A DNA stretch of 64,000 nucleotides from an uncultured Planctomycetaceae bacterium (GCA_964616985.1 CAZTVF010000009.1:2405-66404), one strand, 5' to 3'; positions 10,146 to 19,689 are shown, counted from the first letter of the stretch. Numbers and translations are program-made. The notes: generated by a model from the sequence alone, not told the origin.

Positions 10146-11453
10146 ATGTCGAAACTCGTTCGCTCGTTGGCGTTGTGTGTGATGGCGGCGGTTCTTCTCG
10201 GCGGCTCTGCAGCGCAGGCGGGCTCGCGGCCGGTCGTGGCGATAGTCCAGGGCGACGACGCCAACGTGATGGTCGCCCAGGCCATCGAACTCGTCGGCGG
10301 GCTCAAGGGCATCGTGAAGGACGGCGACCGCGTCGTCATCAAGCCCAACCTCACGTTCTACAACAAGGACAAGGGCATCGTGCCCGGCATGACCACCGAC
10401 GTCCGCGTGGCCGCCGCCCTGGTCGCGGCGCTGCGGAAGAGCGCCAACTGCCAGGTCACCATCGCCGAGTCCAGCGGCGGCAGCACACGGGACATGTACA
10501 AGGCGTACGGCTACGACAAGTTCGCCGCCGAGGCCAACGTGCCGCTGCTGGACCTCAAGGAAGAGCCCCGCGTGCACGTCGAGCGGGAAGGCATGGCCTA
10601 CCCTGCATACGAATTCCCCAAGCCCGTGAAGGACGCCGACGTCTTCATTAACATGCCCGTCCTCAAGACGCACCAGCTCACCGGCATCAGCGTGGGCATG
10701 AAGAATCTCTACGGCCTGCTGGACGGCAGCCGCACCGGCATGCACGAGAAGGCCGACAACGTCCTGAGCGACATGGCCGCGATCCGCCACAACGACCTCA
10801 TCGTTGTCGACGGCCTGGCGGGCATGGAAGGGCAGGGCCCGCTGGAAGGTACGCCGGTGAAGATGAACCTGGTGATCGTGGGCACCGACATCGTCGCCGT
10901 CGACGCCGTCGCCACGGCCGTGATGGGCTTCGACCCCGCGCGCCTCCGTCACCTGCAGATCGCCAAGGCCCGCGGCTTGGGCGAGTGCGACCTGTCGAAG
11001 ATCGAGATTCGCGGCACGGCGATCGAGAAGGTGGCCGTCCGCTTCAAGCCGCCCGCGGCCTTCCCGTACACCTGCCCCAAGACGAAGGAGCAGGCCAGGC
11101 TGCTTGCCCGCGTGGTGGAACTGGAGACCGAGTACCAGAAGCAGGCCCTGGGAAAGGAGCCACGTCTGGGCCAATCGTTCCGGTCGGACATCCTGAAGCT
11201 CGACCCGGTGAAATACCCGCTGATCTGCTCGCGGCCTTTCAGCGTCGACTTCAGCGATGGCAGCAGCTGGCGGGCGAAGGACCACATGCAGTTCAACCTC
11301 ACGTGCGACGCATTCGAGCGGCCGCTGGTGGTGGAGGAGATCAACCGCTGGCTGGCCGATGCGTCGCCGGTGGAGATCGCGCCGCATGCTTTGCCCAAGC
11401 CGCCCGAGCCGAAATCGAAGCCCGCGATGCAGCCCGCCTCGCGGCCGAAGTAG
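10146..11453 (+). CDS. DUF362 domain-containing protein with signal peptide and C-terminal extension
   Basis: VVIKPN, INMPVLKTHQLTGISVGMKNLYG, DGLAGMEGQGP, DIVAVDAVA motifs; hydrophobic N-terminus; AAGGA upstream. Confidence 0.85.
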   Translation: MSKLVRSLALCVMAAVLLGGSAAQAGSRPVVAIVQGDDANVMVAQAIELVGGLKGIVKDGDRVVIKPNLTFYNKDKGIVPGMTTDVRVAAALVAALRKSANCQVTIAESSGGSTRDMYKAYGYDKFAAEANVPLLDLKEEPRVHVEREGMAYPAYEFPKPVKDADVFINMPVLKTHQLTGISVGMKNLYGLLDGSRTGMHEKADNVLSDMAAIRHNDLIVVDGLAGMEGQGPLEGTPVKMNLVIVGTDIVAVDAVATAVMGFDPARLRHLQIAKARGLGECDLSKIEIRGTAIEKVAVRFKPPAAFPYTCPKTKEQARLLARVVELETEYQKQALGKEPRLGQSFRSDILKLDPVKYPLICSRPFSVDFSDGSSWRAKDHMQFNLTCDAFERPLVVEEINRWLADASPVEIAPHALPKPPEPKSKPAMQPASRPK

Positions 11454-11486
11454 GTGGTGGGGAGGTAACGCCGCCGGCCGCGAAAG

Positions 11487-11585
11487 GGGTGGCGGCCTTC
11501 CCAGGCCGCCGCCGGCACGCGTGGCATGGGAGAGGCCACGGGCGAGACGCCCGTGGGACGCGCGGGCAAGATGCCCGTGCTACGG
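11487..11585. repeat. REP-like modules (gggtggcggccttcccaggccgcc; gggcgagacgcccgt...gggcaagatgcccgtgctacg)
   Basis: First module is shared with 8553 and 31840; second with ~23521 and ~37631. Confidence 0.7.
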
Positions 11586-11711
11586 GGGAGGGGCGAGATG
11601 GCCGTGCCAGGGGCGTCGCACCGGCTTGTCAAAAGCATCACGATGTGATAATCAATTCGCCCTAACGTTCCCCGGTCGATGGTGGTGCATAGTTCGTATC
11701 CAGGAAGAAAC

Positions 11712-13790
11712 ATGACTGATAATGTGTTGCCGTTGCAGGCCCGGATCGTTCCGACGTCCGACGTATCCCAACTCCAGTTCGCCCGCCAGGAGCTCCAGCG
11801 GTTCCTGGCCGCGGGCGGCATCTCGCAGGCCGTGGCCGAGGGGCCCGCGTGGGTGATCGAGCTGCGGGTGGAGGCCACGCTGCCGGCCGGGGCCTTCGCC
11901 GTCCGCCGTGAGCGTCGCGGCGCGGATATCCACGTCACGCTCGCCGGCCACGACGCCACCTGCGTTCTGCATGCCGCCTACACGATGCTCGAGGGGGCGG
12001 GCTGGCGTTTCGAGATCAGCGGCCCGGTGCTGCCCGCGGGCCTGGCGATGGACCGCCTGGCCGAAGGCGATACGCTCATCACGCCCGCGGTGCTGCGCCG
12101 CGGCATCCGCCAGCATATCAACTTCGTGATGGACATCTCCAGCTACCGCCTCGAAGGGGCGAAGGAGTACATGCGGAACCTCGCCCGCATGCGGTTCAAC
12201 CACATCACCTTCCACAGCTACACCAACTTCTGGTTCGAGGCCGCCCTGGAGGACAAGCCCATCCTCGCCGGCGGCTTCTTCTACGGCGTCCGCTACGACA
12301 TCCCCGCCGACGGCATCGTCCGCCAGCACATCCGCGACAACCAGCGGGTCTTCTGCATCCCCGAGATCGAGCCCGCCTACGACGACCCCAGGGAGAAGAG
12401 CCGCCTCGCCGTCGCGTGGCTGGCGGAGCTGATCGCCGAGAGCAAGCGCCTGGGCTTCGGGGTGCAGTTCTCGTTCGAGCCCCGAAACACGCCGATGGCC
12501 TCGTCGCTGAAGATCTGCGACGCGATCCTGCAGCAGTATCCGCAGATCGACGAGCTGGAGATCATCACCAACGAGACGGGCGGCTGGGGCGCGCCCTCCC
12601 CGGTTGACGACGTCCGCCAGGCCATCGCCAAGTACTTCGGCCAGGCCGTCGCGATGGAGCCCGCCGTGGCGAAGTTCATCATTGAAGGCCAGCGGGATAT
12701 GGCCGCCTATTTCGCCGACCTCGGGCACAACATCCAGCTCGTGAACGAACTGCAGAAGCACTGGCGAGGCCGCCGCGCGCCCAAGGTCAGCTGCGGCATC
12801 TACTGCGGCGTGCAGCCTTACCTTCAGTTGTCGGTGATGCTGATGCGGCGGTTCCTGCCGGCGGGCGCGGACTTCGCGATCCTGTCCGGTCACGGCAGCC
12901 GGCGGGTGGCGAACAACATCGCCATCGCAGGCCTGACCACCGAGGACTGGCGGCGGACGATGGTGTACAGCTGGCTGGAATTCGACGGCCTGATGTACCT
13001 GCAGCAGAACGCGGTGCAGGGCATCCGCCGCGTGCTGGAGGGCGTGCGCGACACCGCGGGCCTGGGCAACCTGGGCGGCATCGCGTTCAACCACTGGCGC
13101 ACGGCCGAGAATTGCACGGTCGCCCGCTACGCCGCCGAGGCGACGATCGAAGGCCCCATCGACGAGCGGGCGTTCTACCTTCGCTACGCGGCGGCCCTGG
13201 GCGTGGGCGCCCCCGAAGCGTACGCACAGGCGATGGCGGAGATCGACGAGGCCGACTGGCGCGCGACCGAGGACATGCCCAACGCAGGCTTCTGCGCCGG
13301 GTGGGGCGCCAACGATATGGCCCAGCTTGTGTGGCAGTCCCCGAGCAACGCCGCAAAGGTGCGGGCGCGGTATGAGACGGCGCTGGACCTGCTGCGGCAG
13401 TGCGCTGCGGGCACGCAGTCAGCGGCTGGGCGCGCGTACCTGGCCACGCTGGACAACCGCATCCGCTGCACGATCCTCTACGTCCGGGCGATCGAGAAGG
13501 GCGCCGAGCTGGTCCCGCTGTGCCAGGGGCGGACGGCCGAGCAGTTCACGCCGGCCGAGCGGAACCAGATCGCGGCAATCTGCGAGCACGCGTGTGCCAA
13601 TCTTGATGCATACATGAAGCTCCATGCCACGCTGCTGCCCGACCGCGGCAGCGAGGGCACGCTGATCAGCCTGCATTACTACACGGCCGCGTTCTTTCGC
13701 CGCCTCCGCAAGAACTGGGGCGGCGTCGGCGAGGACGTGCCCGTCCGCGCCACCGGTGAAGACCCGCCGCTGCCGATCATGGTGCAGTAG
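11712..13790 (+). CDS. Hypothetical glycoside hydrolase-like protein (hexosaminidase-type N-terminal domain plus TIM barrel)
   Basis: FARQELQRFL...GAF.VRR...HVTLAGHD...LHAAYTMLE then PAVLRRGI, NLARMRFNHITFH, typical of GH20/GH89/GH115-like architecture; family not resolvable. Confidence 0.6.
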   Translation: MTDNVLPLQARIVPTSDVSQLQFARQELQRFLAAGGISQAVAEGPAWVIELRVEATLPAGAFAVRRERRGADIHVTLAGHDATCVLHAAYTMLEGAGWRFEISGPVLPAGLAMDRLAEGDTLITPAVLRRGIRQHINFVMDISSYRLEGAKEYMRNLARMRFNHITFHSYTNFWFEAALEDKPILAGGFFYGVRYDIPADGIVRQHIRDNQRVFCIPEIEPAYDDPREKSRLAVAWLAELIAESKRLGFGVQFSFEPRNTPMASSLKICDAILQQYPQIDELEIITNETGGWGAPSPVDDVRQAIAKYFGQAVAMEPAVAKFIIEGQRDMAAYFADLGHNIQLVNELQKHWRGRRAPKVSCGIYCGVQPYLQLSVMLMRRFLPAGADFAILSGHGSRRVANNIAIAGLTTEDWRRTMVYSWLEFDGLMYLQQNAVQGIRRVLEGVRDTAGLGNLGGIAFNHWRTAENCTVARYAAEATIEGPIDERAFYLRYAAALGVGAPEAYAQAMAEIDEADWRATEDMPNAGFCAGWGANDMAQLVWQSPSNAAKVRARYETALDLLRQCAAGTQSAAGRAYLATLDNRIRCTILYVRAIEKGAELVPLCQGRTAEQFTPAERNQIAAICEHACANLDAYMKLHATLLPDRGSEGTLISLHYYTAAFFRRLRKNWGGVGEDVPVRATGEDPPLPIMVQ

Positions 13791-13862
13791 CCTTTTTCGG
13801 TGTGTTCATCCAACGGGCAGGTTCGAACAGCGCTAAAAGGCGAGCGATGCCCCGGCGCCGCC
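13790..13862. repeat. Hairpin repeat between convergent genes (possible bidirectional terminator)
   Basis: gcctttt..gtgttc...gaacagcgctaaaaggc; the arm gttcgaacagcgc..aaaggcgagcgatgccc is repeated at ~21962-21993. Confidence 0.6.
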
Positions 13863-13889
13863 ACAGGCAGAACACTATTCCTGGGTGAG

Positions 13890-15527
13890 TCACCCGTTCT
13901 TCGCCGCGATCGCGCCGGTGGGGCAGGCCTCGATGCAGCGGGAGGCGACGCGGGTGAGGGCTTCGGATAAGGGGCGGCCGAAGGGGACGGCGACGCGGAC
14001 GTCGAAGCCCCGGCCGACGAAGGCGAGGCCCAGCGGCTCGCCGGCCTGCTCGGCGATGCGGATGCACAGGCCGCAGTCGATGCACTTGCCGCTCTCGAAG
14101 ACGATCTCCCCGTGCCGCATGTCCTGCTGGTAACTCCGGCGGTGCGTCTTGTAGTGCGCGGGGCGGGCGGCGTACTGCTGGCTGCACTCGCGCAGGCGGC
14201 AGTGGTCGGCCTTGCGGCAGTCGCAGTGTAGGCAGCGGGCCGACTCGGCGGCCGCCTGTTCGCTCGACAGGCCTCGCGTGAGGTCGAAGTGAGGCGGTAG
14301 GCCGGGCGTGGCCTCGAACTCCTCGCCCGACAGGTCGTCGTCCAGGTCGCGCGAGCGGGGCGGGGCGGCCGCGACGGGCAGGCCAGCGAGGAACGTCTCG
14401 ATCTCGCCCTCGTGCAGCAGGCCGATGTGCGTGGAGAATCGCTTCACCGGCCCCGTCACGGGCAGGCCGCTGACATATTGATGCACCGATTCGGCGGCTG
14501 CCTTGCCCGCGGCGACGGCCCGGACGGCCATCGGGTGGTGGCCGCGATGGGTGCCCGTTGCATCGCCGGCGGCGAAGACCCCCGGCGTGGTCGTCGCCAG
14601 TGTTCGGGCATCGGCGGCGATGCCCTTGTCCGACGCCGCCAACCCCAGCCGCTCGCCTTCAACGCGGACGTGGCCGACGGCGACGATCACCGCGTCGAAC
14701 TGCGTCCGCAATTCCTCCAGCGTGGGCGATTGCCCCACGCGAACGCCCAGGCGGAACTCGGCCCCGGCCCGGCGGACCTGCTCGATCTCGGCATCGAGCA
14801 CGCGGCTGGGCAGGCGGCTTTCATCCACGCCGTAGCGCAGCATGCCCCCGGCGTGCTCCTTCTTATCGAACACGGTGCATGCATGTCCCAGCGGCAGCAG
14901 GCGCCAGGCGGCGGCCAGGCCCGCGGGCCCGCTCCCGACGATCGCGATGCGCTTGCCCGTCGCCGCCGCGCGCGGGGGGAGGTAAGGCTGCTCCGAGGCC
15001 AGGTCCGCCTCGGCGACGTACCGCTTCAGCAGGCAGATGGCCAGCGGGCGGTCGGCGGCGCTGCGCCGGCAGCCCTTCTCGCACGGCGCGGGGCAGATGT
15101 AGCCCAGGATCGCCGGCAGCGCGATCTCGCGCTTCACCGTCGCGATGGCCTGGCGCAGGTTGCCCGACGAGATCTGGCGGATCATCAGCGGGATGTCCAT
15201 CTTCGCCGGGCAGATGCCCTGGCAGGGGCCGTCGCAGTCGCCCACGTGGTCGCTCAGCAGCAGTTCCAGCGCCGCGCGCCGGGCCGCGTGAACCTCCGGC
15301 GTCTCGCTTTCCACGCGGAGCCCCTCGGCCGCCGGCGTCGCGCACGCGGGAACGAGCTTGCCGCTGTCGGCGAGCTTCACCAGGCACACCATGCAGGAGG
15401 TGGCGGGCTCCAGGCCCTGCAGGTGACACAGCGTGGGGATGTGCACGCCCAACTGCCGGGCCGCGTCCAGCACCGTCGCGCCGGCGGGCACGTCGATCGT
15501 CCTGTTGTCGATGGTCACGTTGGGCAT
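13890..15527 (-). CDS. Fe-S flavoprotein: HydA/NuoG-type N-terminal [2Fe-2S] domain, GltD-like FAD module, C-terminal [4Fe-4S] (BfuA/NfnA-like subunit)
   Basis: MPNVTIDNRTI..IPTLCH..SCMVC..PACAT; SDHVGDCDGPCQGICP; CPAPCEKGCRR; GSGPAGL; GVFAAGD; RCLHCDC; KCIDCGLC..CPTGA. Real start is ATG 15527 inside the long ORF 13890..17333. Confidence 0.88.
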   Translation of the reverse strand: MPNVTIDNRTIDVPAGATVLDAARQLGVHIPTLCHLQGLEPATSCMVCLVKLADSGKLVPACATPAAEGLRVESETPEVHAARRAALELLLSDHVGDCDGPCQGICPAKMDIPLMIRQISSGNLRQAIATVKREIALPAILGYICPAPCEKGCRRSAADRPLAICLLKRYVAEADLASEQPYLPPRAAATGKRIAIVGSGPAGLAAAWRLLPLGHACTVFDKKEHAGGMLRYGVDESRLPSRVLDAEIEQVRRAGAEFRLGVRVGQSPTLEELRTQFDAVIVAVGHVRVEGERLGLAASDKGIAADARTLATTTPGVFAAGDATGTHRGHHPMAVRAVAAGKAAAESVHQYVSGLPVTGPVKRFSTHIGLLHEGEIETFLAGLPVAAAPPRSRDLDDDLSGEEFEATPGLPPHFDLTRGLSSEQAAAESARCLHCDCRKADHCRLRECSQQYAARPAHYKTHRRSYQQDMRHGEIVFESGKCIDCGLCIRIAEQAGEPLGLAFVGRGFDVRVAVPFGRPLSEALTRVASRCIEACPTGAIAAKNG

Positions 15528-15529
15528 GG

Positions 15530-17884
15530 CTACGTCCCCGATTCCACGCGGATCGCCTCGCGCGGGCACTTGGTGCGGCAGGTGTCGCAGCGGGTGCACT
15601 TCGCCGCGTCGATTTCGTGTTTGCGGTACGGCTGCATCGCGATGGCGGACGCGGGGCAGTGCTGGGCACAGAGCGTGCAGCCGATGCACTCGTCGGTGAC
15701 GACGTAGCGGATGAGCGGCTTGCATCGCCCGGCGGGGCAGCGGCCCTGCAGGTGCGCTTCGTACTCGCTGCGGAAGTGCTTGAGCGTCGAGAGCACGGGG
15801 TTGGGCGCGGTGCGCCCCAGGCCGCACAGGCTGCCCGCCTGCACCTGGCGGGCGAGTTCCTCGAGGCGTTCGAGGTCGCCCTTGCGGCCGCCGCCTTGGC
15901 ACAGCCGCTGCAGGATCTCCAGCATCCGCCGCGTGCCGATGCGGCAGAAGGTGCACTTGCCGCACGACTGATCCTGCGTGAATTCCAGGAAGTAGCGGGC
16001 GATCTCGACCATGCAGTCGGCGTCGTCCAGCACGACCAGCCCGCCGGAGCCCATGATGGCGCCGGCGGCGGTGAGGGCCTCGTAGTCGACCGGCGTGTCG
16101 GCCAGCGCCGCCGGAACGCAGCCGCCCGAGGGCCCGCCGACCTGCACGGCCTTGAACTGCCGCCCGCCGGCAACGCCGCCGCCGATGACCTCGACGATCT
16201 GCCGCAGCGTCATGCCCATGGGGACCTCGATGAGGCCGCCGCGCAGCACCTTGCCGGCCAGGGCGAACACCTTGGTGCCCTTGCTTCGCTGAGTGCCCAG
16301 TGCGGCGAAGGGCTCGCTGCCGTTGCGAAGAATCCAGGGCGTCATCGAGAGCGTCTCGACGTTGTTGATCAGCGTCGGCCGGCCCCGCAGGCCCCGCACC
16401 GCGGGGTAGGGCGGGCGGAAGCGCGGCATGCCGCGGCGGCCCTCGATGGAGGCGATGAGGGCGGTCTCCTCGCCGCAGACGAACGCGCCGGCGCCCTGCA
16501 TGACGCGGAGGTCCAGCGGGCACTCGGCGTTTGAACCGGCCGGGCCCAGGATGCCCGCGTCGCGGCAGCGCCGCAGGGCCTCGGTGACGCGCTCTACGGC
16601 CAGCGGGTATTCCGCGCGGATGTAGAAGCAGCCCTCGGCCGCCCCGACGGCGTAGGCGGCGATGGCCAGGCCCTCGATCAGGCGGTAGGGGTACGACTCC
16701 ATGATCATGCGATCCATGAACGCCCCGGGGTCGCCCTCGTCGCCGTTGGAGATGACGTATTTCGTCTCGCCCGCGGCCGCGCGCACCTGCGACCACTTGA
16801 GGCCGGTGGGGTAGCCCGCGCCGCCGCGCCCCCGCAGGCCGCTGACGGTGATGCGCTCGATCACCTGCGGCGGCGTCAGGTCGCGCAGGCAGCGGCGCAG
16901 GGCCTCGAAACCGCCCAGGCGGATGTACTCGTCGAGGTCCAGCGGATCGATCTCGCCGCCGTGCTCGGTGGCGATATGCCGCTGGCCGTCGAGGAACGCC
17001 CGCACGGGCTCGTCGCGAACGTGCAGGCTGTAGCGGCGGACGCCGTCCCAGCCGTCGTCGGTGAGGATGCGGTCGAGCGCGCGAGAGACCGCGCCCGTCA
17101 ATCGCCGCCGCAGGCCGCCGCGGAAGTGGCGCAGCACGATCTCCTCGGCGTCGGCGGCCTCCACGCGGGCGTACAGGGCGGCGGGGCGGCCCGGCTGGAC
17201 GATCTCCACCAGCGGCGTCTGGTGACACATGCCGACGCAGCCGACGGCCTTGACGGTCGCGGCGATGCCGTTGTGCGTCAGCGTCCGCTCGATGGCGGCC
17301 CGCACCTTGGTGCTGCCGCGCGCCTGGCAGCACGAGCCCATGCCCAGGCGGATCTCGCCGGCGGGCGACGCTGTCGCCTGCGGGCCGCCCGCGGCCGCGG
17401 CGCCGCGCTGCGTCTGCAGCACCAGGAAGTCCTGCAGCACGCCGGGCACGCGGTCGGGCGTGAGGTGGCCGTAGGTCACGTCATCGATCTGGATCACCGG
17501 CGCCAGCGTGCAGCAGCCCAGGCAGGCGACCTTCTGCAGCGTGAAAAGGCCTTCGGCGTCGGTGTCGGCCCCGGCGGGCAGCTTCAGCGCGCGGGCGAGC
17601 GCGTCGTGGATTCCGTCCGAGCCCTTCACGTGGCAGGCCGTGCCGTGGCAGATGCGGATGACGTGCCGCCCCACGGGCTGGTGGCGGAATTGTGTGTAGA
17701 AGGTCGACACGCCGGCTAGGCGGGCGGGCGTGATCTCGCTCAGCGCGCACACGCGCTGCAGGGCCTCGGGCGGCAGCCAGCCGTAGTGGTCCTGGATCGC
17801 CTGAAGCAGCGGGATCGTCGCTTCGGGCCCGCGGCCGATCGAGGCCACCGCCTCGTCGATGAAGCTGAGGTCGATCTCTTTCAA
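15530..17884 (-). CDS. Fused HydC-HydB (NuoE-NuoF-like) NADH/FMN-binding Fe-S flavoprotein
   Basis: TTG start with GGAGG, overlapping the upstream stop (TTGA); IPLLQAIQDHYGWLP, CHGTAC, CLGCC; second thioredoxin-like domain (SCC, GCVGMC); SGLRGRGGAGYPTGLKW; NGDEGDPGAFMDR; GAGAFVCGEETAL; SCGKCTFC..CGLG; C-terminal 2x[4Fe-4S]. Confidence 0.92.
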   Translation of the reverse strand: MKEIDLSFIDEAVASIGRGPEATIPLLQAIQDHYGWLPPEALQRVCALSEITPARLAGVSTFYTQFRHQPVGRHVIRICHGTACHVKGSDGIHDALARALKLPAGADTDAEGLFTLQKVACLGCCTLAPVIQIDDVTYGHLTPDRVPGVLQDFLVLQTQRGAAAAGGPQATASPAGEIRLGMGSCCQARGSTKVRAAIERTLTHNGIAATVKAVGCVGMCHQTPLVEIVQPGRPAALYARVEAADAEEIVLRHFRGGLRRRLTGAVSRALDRILTDDGWDGVRRYSLHVRDEPVRAFLDGQRHIATEHGGEIDPLDLDEYIRLGGFEALRRCLRDLTPPQVIERITVSGLRGRGGAGYPTGLKWSQVRAAAGETKYVISNGDEGDPGAFMDRMIMESYPYRLIEGLAIAAYAVGAAEGCFYIRAEYPLAVERVTEALRRCRDAGILGPAGSNAECPLDLRVMQGAGAFVCGEETALIASIEGRRGMPRFRPPYPAVRGLRGRPTLINNVETLSMTPWILRNGSEPFAALGTQRSKGTKVFALAGKVLRGGLIEVPMGMTLRQIVEVIGGGVAGGRQFKAVQVGGPSGGCVPAALADTPVDYEALTAAGAIMGSGGLVVLDDADCMVEIARYFLEFTQDQSCGKCTFCRIGTRRMLEILQRLCQGGGRKGDLERLEELARQVQAGSLCGLGRTAPNPVLSTLKHFRSEYEAHLQGRCPAGRCKPLIRYVVTDECIGCTLCAQHCPASAIAMQPYRKHEIDAAKCTRCDTCRTKCPREAIRVESGT

Positions 17885-19689
17885 GGTCGGCCTCCGTCTG
17901 CCGCCGCAGGGGCGCCCCCGCCGGGGTTTGCGATGCAGTAGAGGTTCGAGCGTCCGCGGATGAAGATGCGGCCGGGCGCGAAGGCGGGGCTGGCGTGGGC
18001 GCCCTCGGCCAGCTCGCAGCGGCCGACCTCTTTGAACTCCCTGCCGGCGTCGAGGATCAGCATGGTCCCCTTGGTCGAGAGCAGGTAGAGCTTGCCGCCG
18101 GCCAGCGAGGGCGAGGCGTTGAACTCCTGCTTGAGCTCCTGCTCGTACACCTTGTTGCCATCGGCCAGGTCCCAGCACGTCAGCGTGCCGGTGGTGGCGA
18201 GCGTCCAGGCCAGCGTGCCGTCGGTCAGGGGGCTGCAGATGTCGGGTATCGAGCCCTCGGCCTTCCACGCCACGTGCGTCTGCGTCACGTCGCCCGAGCC
18301 GTCCGCGCGCACGGCCGAGAGGGAATTGGCGGCATGCACCGCCAGCACCAGCTCGCCGGTGTAGACGGGCGAGGGGGCCGAGTCGATGCCCATGACCTCC
18401 GCGCGCCACACCTCGGCGCCGTCGGAGAGGTTGTGCGCGATCAGCAGCGGGTTTCCCGCCGCGATGACCAGCGGCTCGGCCGGGCCTTCGATGATGATGG
18501 GCGAGCACCACGACGCGCCGACGTGGCGGGGAATTTCCCACGCGACCTTGCCCGTCGCGGCGTCGTAGGCAATCAGCCGGCTGCCGGCCGCCTCCGCGTC
18601 GCCCTGGTCGAGCTGCACGATGACGCGTCCGTCGCGCAGGTCCAGCGACGAGGCGTAGCCGTACTGGCTGTCGATCTCGCCCAGGCAATGTGACCACTGC
18701 TCGTTGCCCTCGACGTCGAAGCAGGCGATGTCGCCGTTGGCGAAGATGGCCGCGACGTACCGGCCGTCGGTGGCGGCGGTCGATGCGGCCAGGCCCGTGT
18801 CGTCGCGTTCCTTGGGGTGGATGTTCGCGTCGCCCGCGGCCACCACGGCCCGCCGCCACAGCAGCTTGCCGTCGGCGGCGGCGAAGCAGTAGACCTCGCG
18901 TTTGCTCTTGGTGGCGCCGGTGACGAAGACGCGGTCGCCCCAGACGACGGGCGAGTTGAAGCCCGCCAGCGGCACGGGCGACTTCCACAAGATGTTCTTG
19001 CCCGACGGGCCGTCCCACTGGCCGGGGATGTTCTCGAAGGCGGCCACGCCGCTGCCGCCGACGCCTCGGAAGCGGGGCCATTGCCTGGCCATCTCGGCCG
19101 CCGAGGGCGCCGGCAGTGTGGTCGCCGCCGACTTGAGGTTCTTCGGCGCCGCCGTCGGCGCGGGTGTGGCCGCGGGGGCGGCGAGTTCCCGCGGCGCAGC
19201 CCCGGGCCACAGCATCGGCGCCGCGGCAGCACAGGCGAGGAGCATCGCAGCCGTCGCCGCCAGGGCCCATCGCGAACGGCGGCGGGCGGCTGCGAGGTCG
19301 GGCGCCGGCTCGGCCGCGGGCATGGGGAGCTTGCGGCCCAGGACATTCGCGTACGCGCCCGCGGCGATCAGCACCGCGGCCCCGCCCATCAGCAGCCACA
19401 CGCCGCGGCGGACGAGGTCCAGGCGGCGGAAGTACTCCAGCCGCAGGCGCTGGTCGATCGTGCGGATGTCGGCCTTGAGGTTCTCGCTGCGCGGGGTCTT
19501 GGCGAGGTCGGCCCGCAGCTGCCGCAGGCGGGCGTCGTCCAGGGGGTCGGCCAGGTTGGCCCGCACGATGTGATAGGCCATCACGCCGCCGACGACGGCG
19601 CAGAACGCCGCGGCGACCAGGGCGACGCGAACGGCGCATCGGCGTCGCATGGCGGCGGGGCCGGCGAAGGTGGCGGGCGTGTCGGTCAT
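17881..19689 (-). CDS. Membrane-anchored PQQ-like (BamB-type) beta-propeller protein with three N-terminal TM helices
   Basis: WPRFRG, SPVVWGDRVF, DGKLLW and ASP repeats; three hydrophobic segments; ATGA overlap with upstream gene. Confidence 0.85.
   Translation of the reverse strand: MTDTPATFAGPAAMRRRCAVRVALVAAAFCAVVGGVMAYHIVRANLADPLDDARLRQLRADLAKTPRSENLKADIRTIDQRLRLEYFRRLDLVRRGVWLLMGGAAVLIAAGAYANVLGRKLPMPAAEPAPDLAAARRRSRWALAATAAMLLACAAAAPMLWPGAAPRELAAPAATPAPTAAPKNLKSAATTLPAPSAAEMARQWPRFRGVGGSGVAAFENIPGQWDGPSGKNILWKSPVPLAGFNSPVVWGDRVFVTGATKSKREVYCFAAADGKLLWRRAVVAAGDANIHPKERDDTGLAASTAATDGRYVAAIFANGDIACFDVEGNEQWSHCLGEIDSQYGYASSLDLRDGRVIVQLDQGDAEAAGSRLIAYDAATGKVAWEIPRHVGASWCSPIIIEGPAEPLVIAAGNPLLIAHNLSDGAEVWRAEVMGIDSAPSPVYTGELVLAVHAANSLSAVRADGSGDVTQTHVAWKAEGSIPDICSPLTDGTLAWTLATTGTLTCWDLADGNKVYEQELKQEFNASPSLAGGKLYLLSTKGTMLILDAGREFKEVGRCELAEGAHASPAFAPGRIFIRGRSNLYCIANPGGGAPAAADGGRP

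Noticed and set aside
13890-17884. [FeFe]-hydrogenase, formate dehydrogenase or respiratory complex I
   Set aside because: No H-cluster motifs, no molybdopterin domain and no NuoA-D/H-N genes in the window.
15528-19639. Long Arg/Pro-rich N-terminal extensions of ORFs 13890..17333 and 15530..19639 (possible frameshift fusions)
   Set aside because: These are off-frame overlaps with upstream genes. Clean starts exist at 15527 (2 bp after the upstream stop) and 17884 (RBS plus stop overlap).
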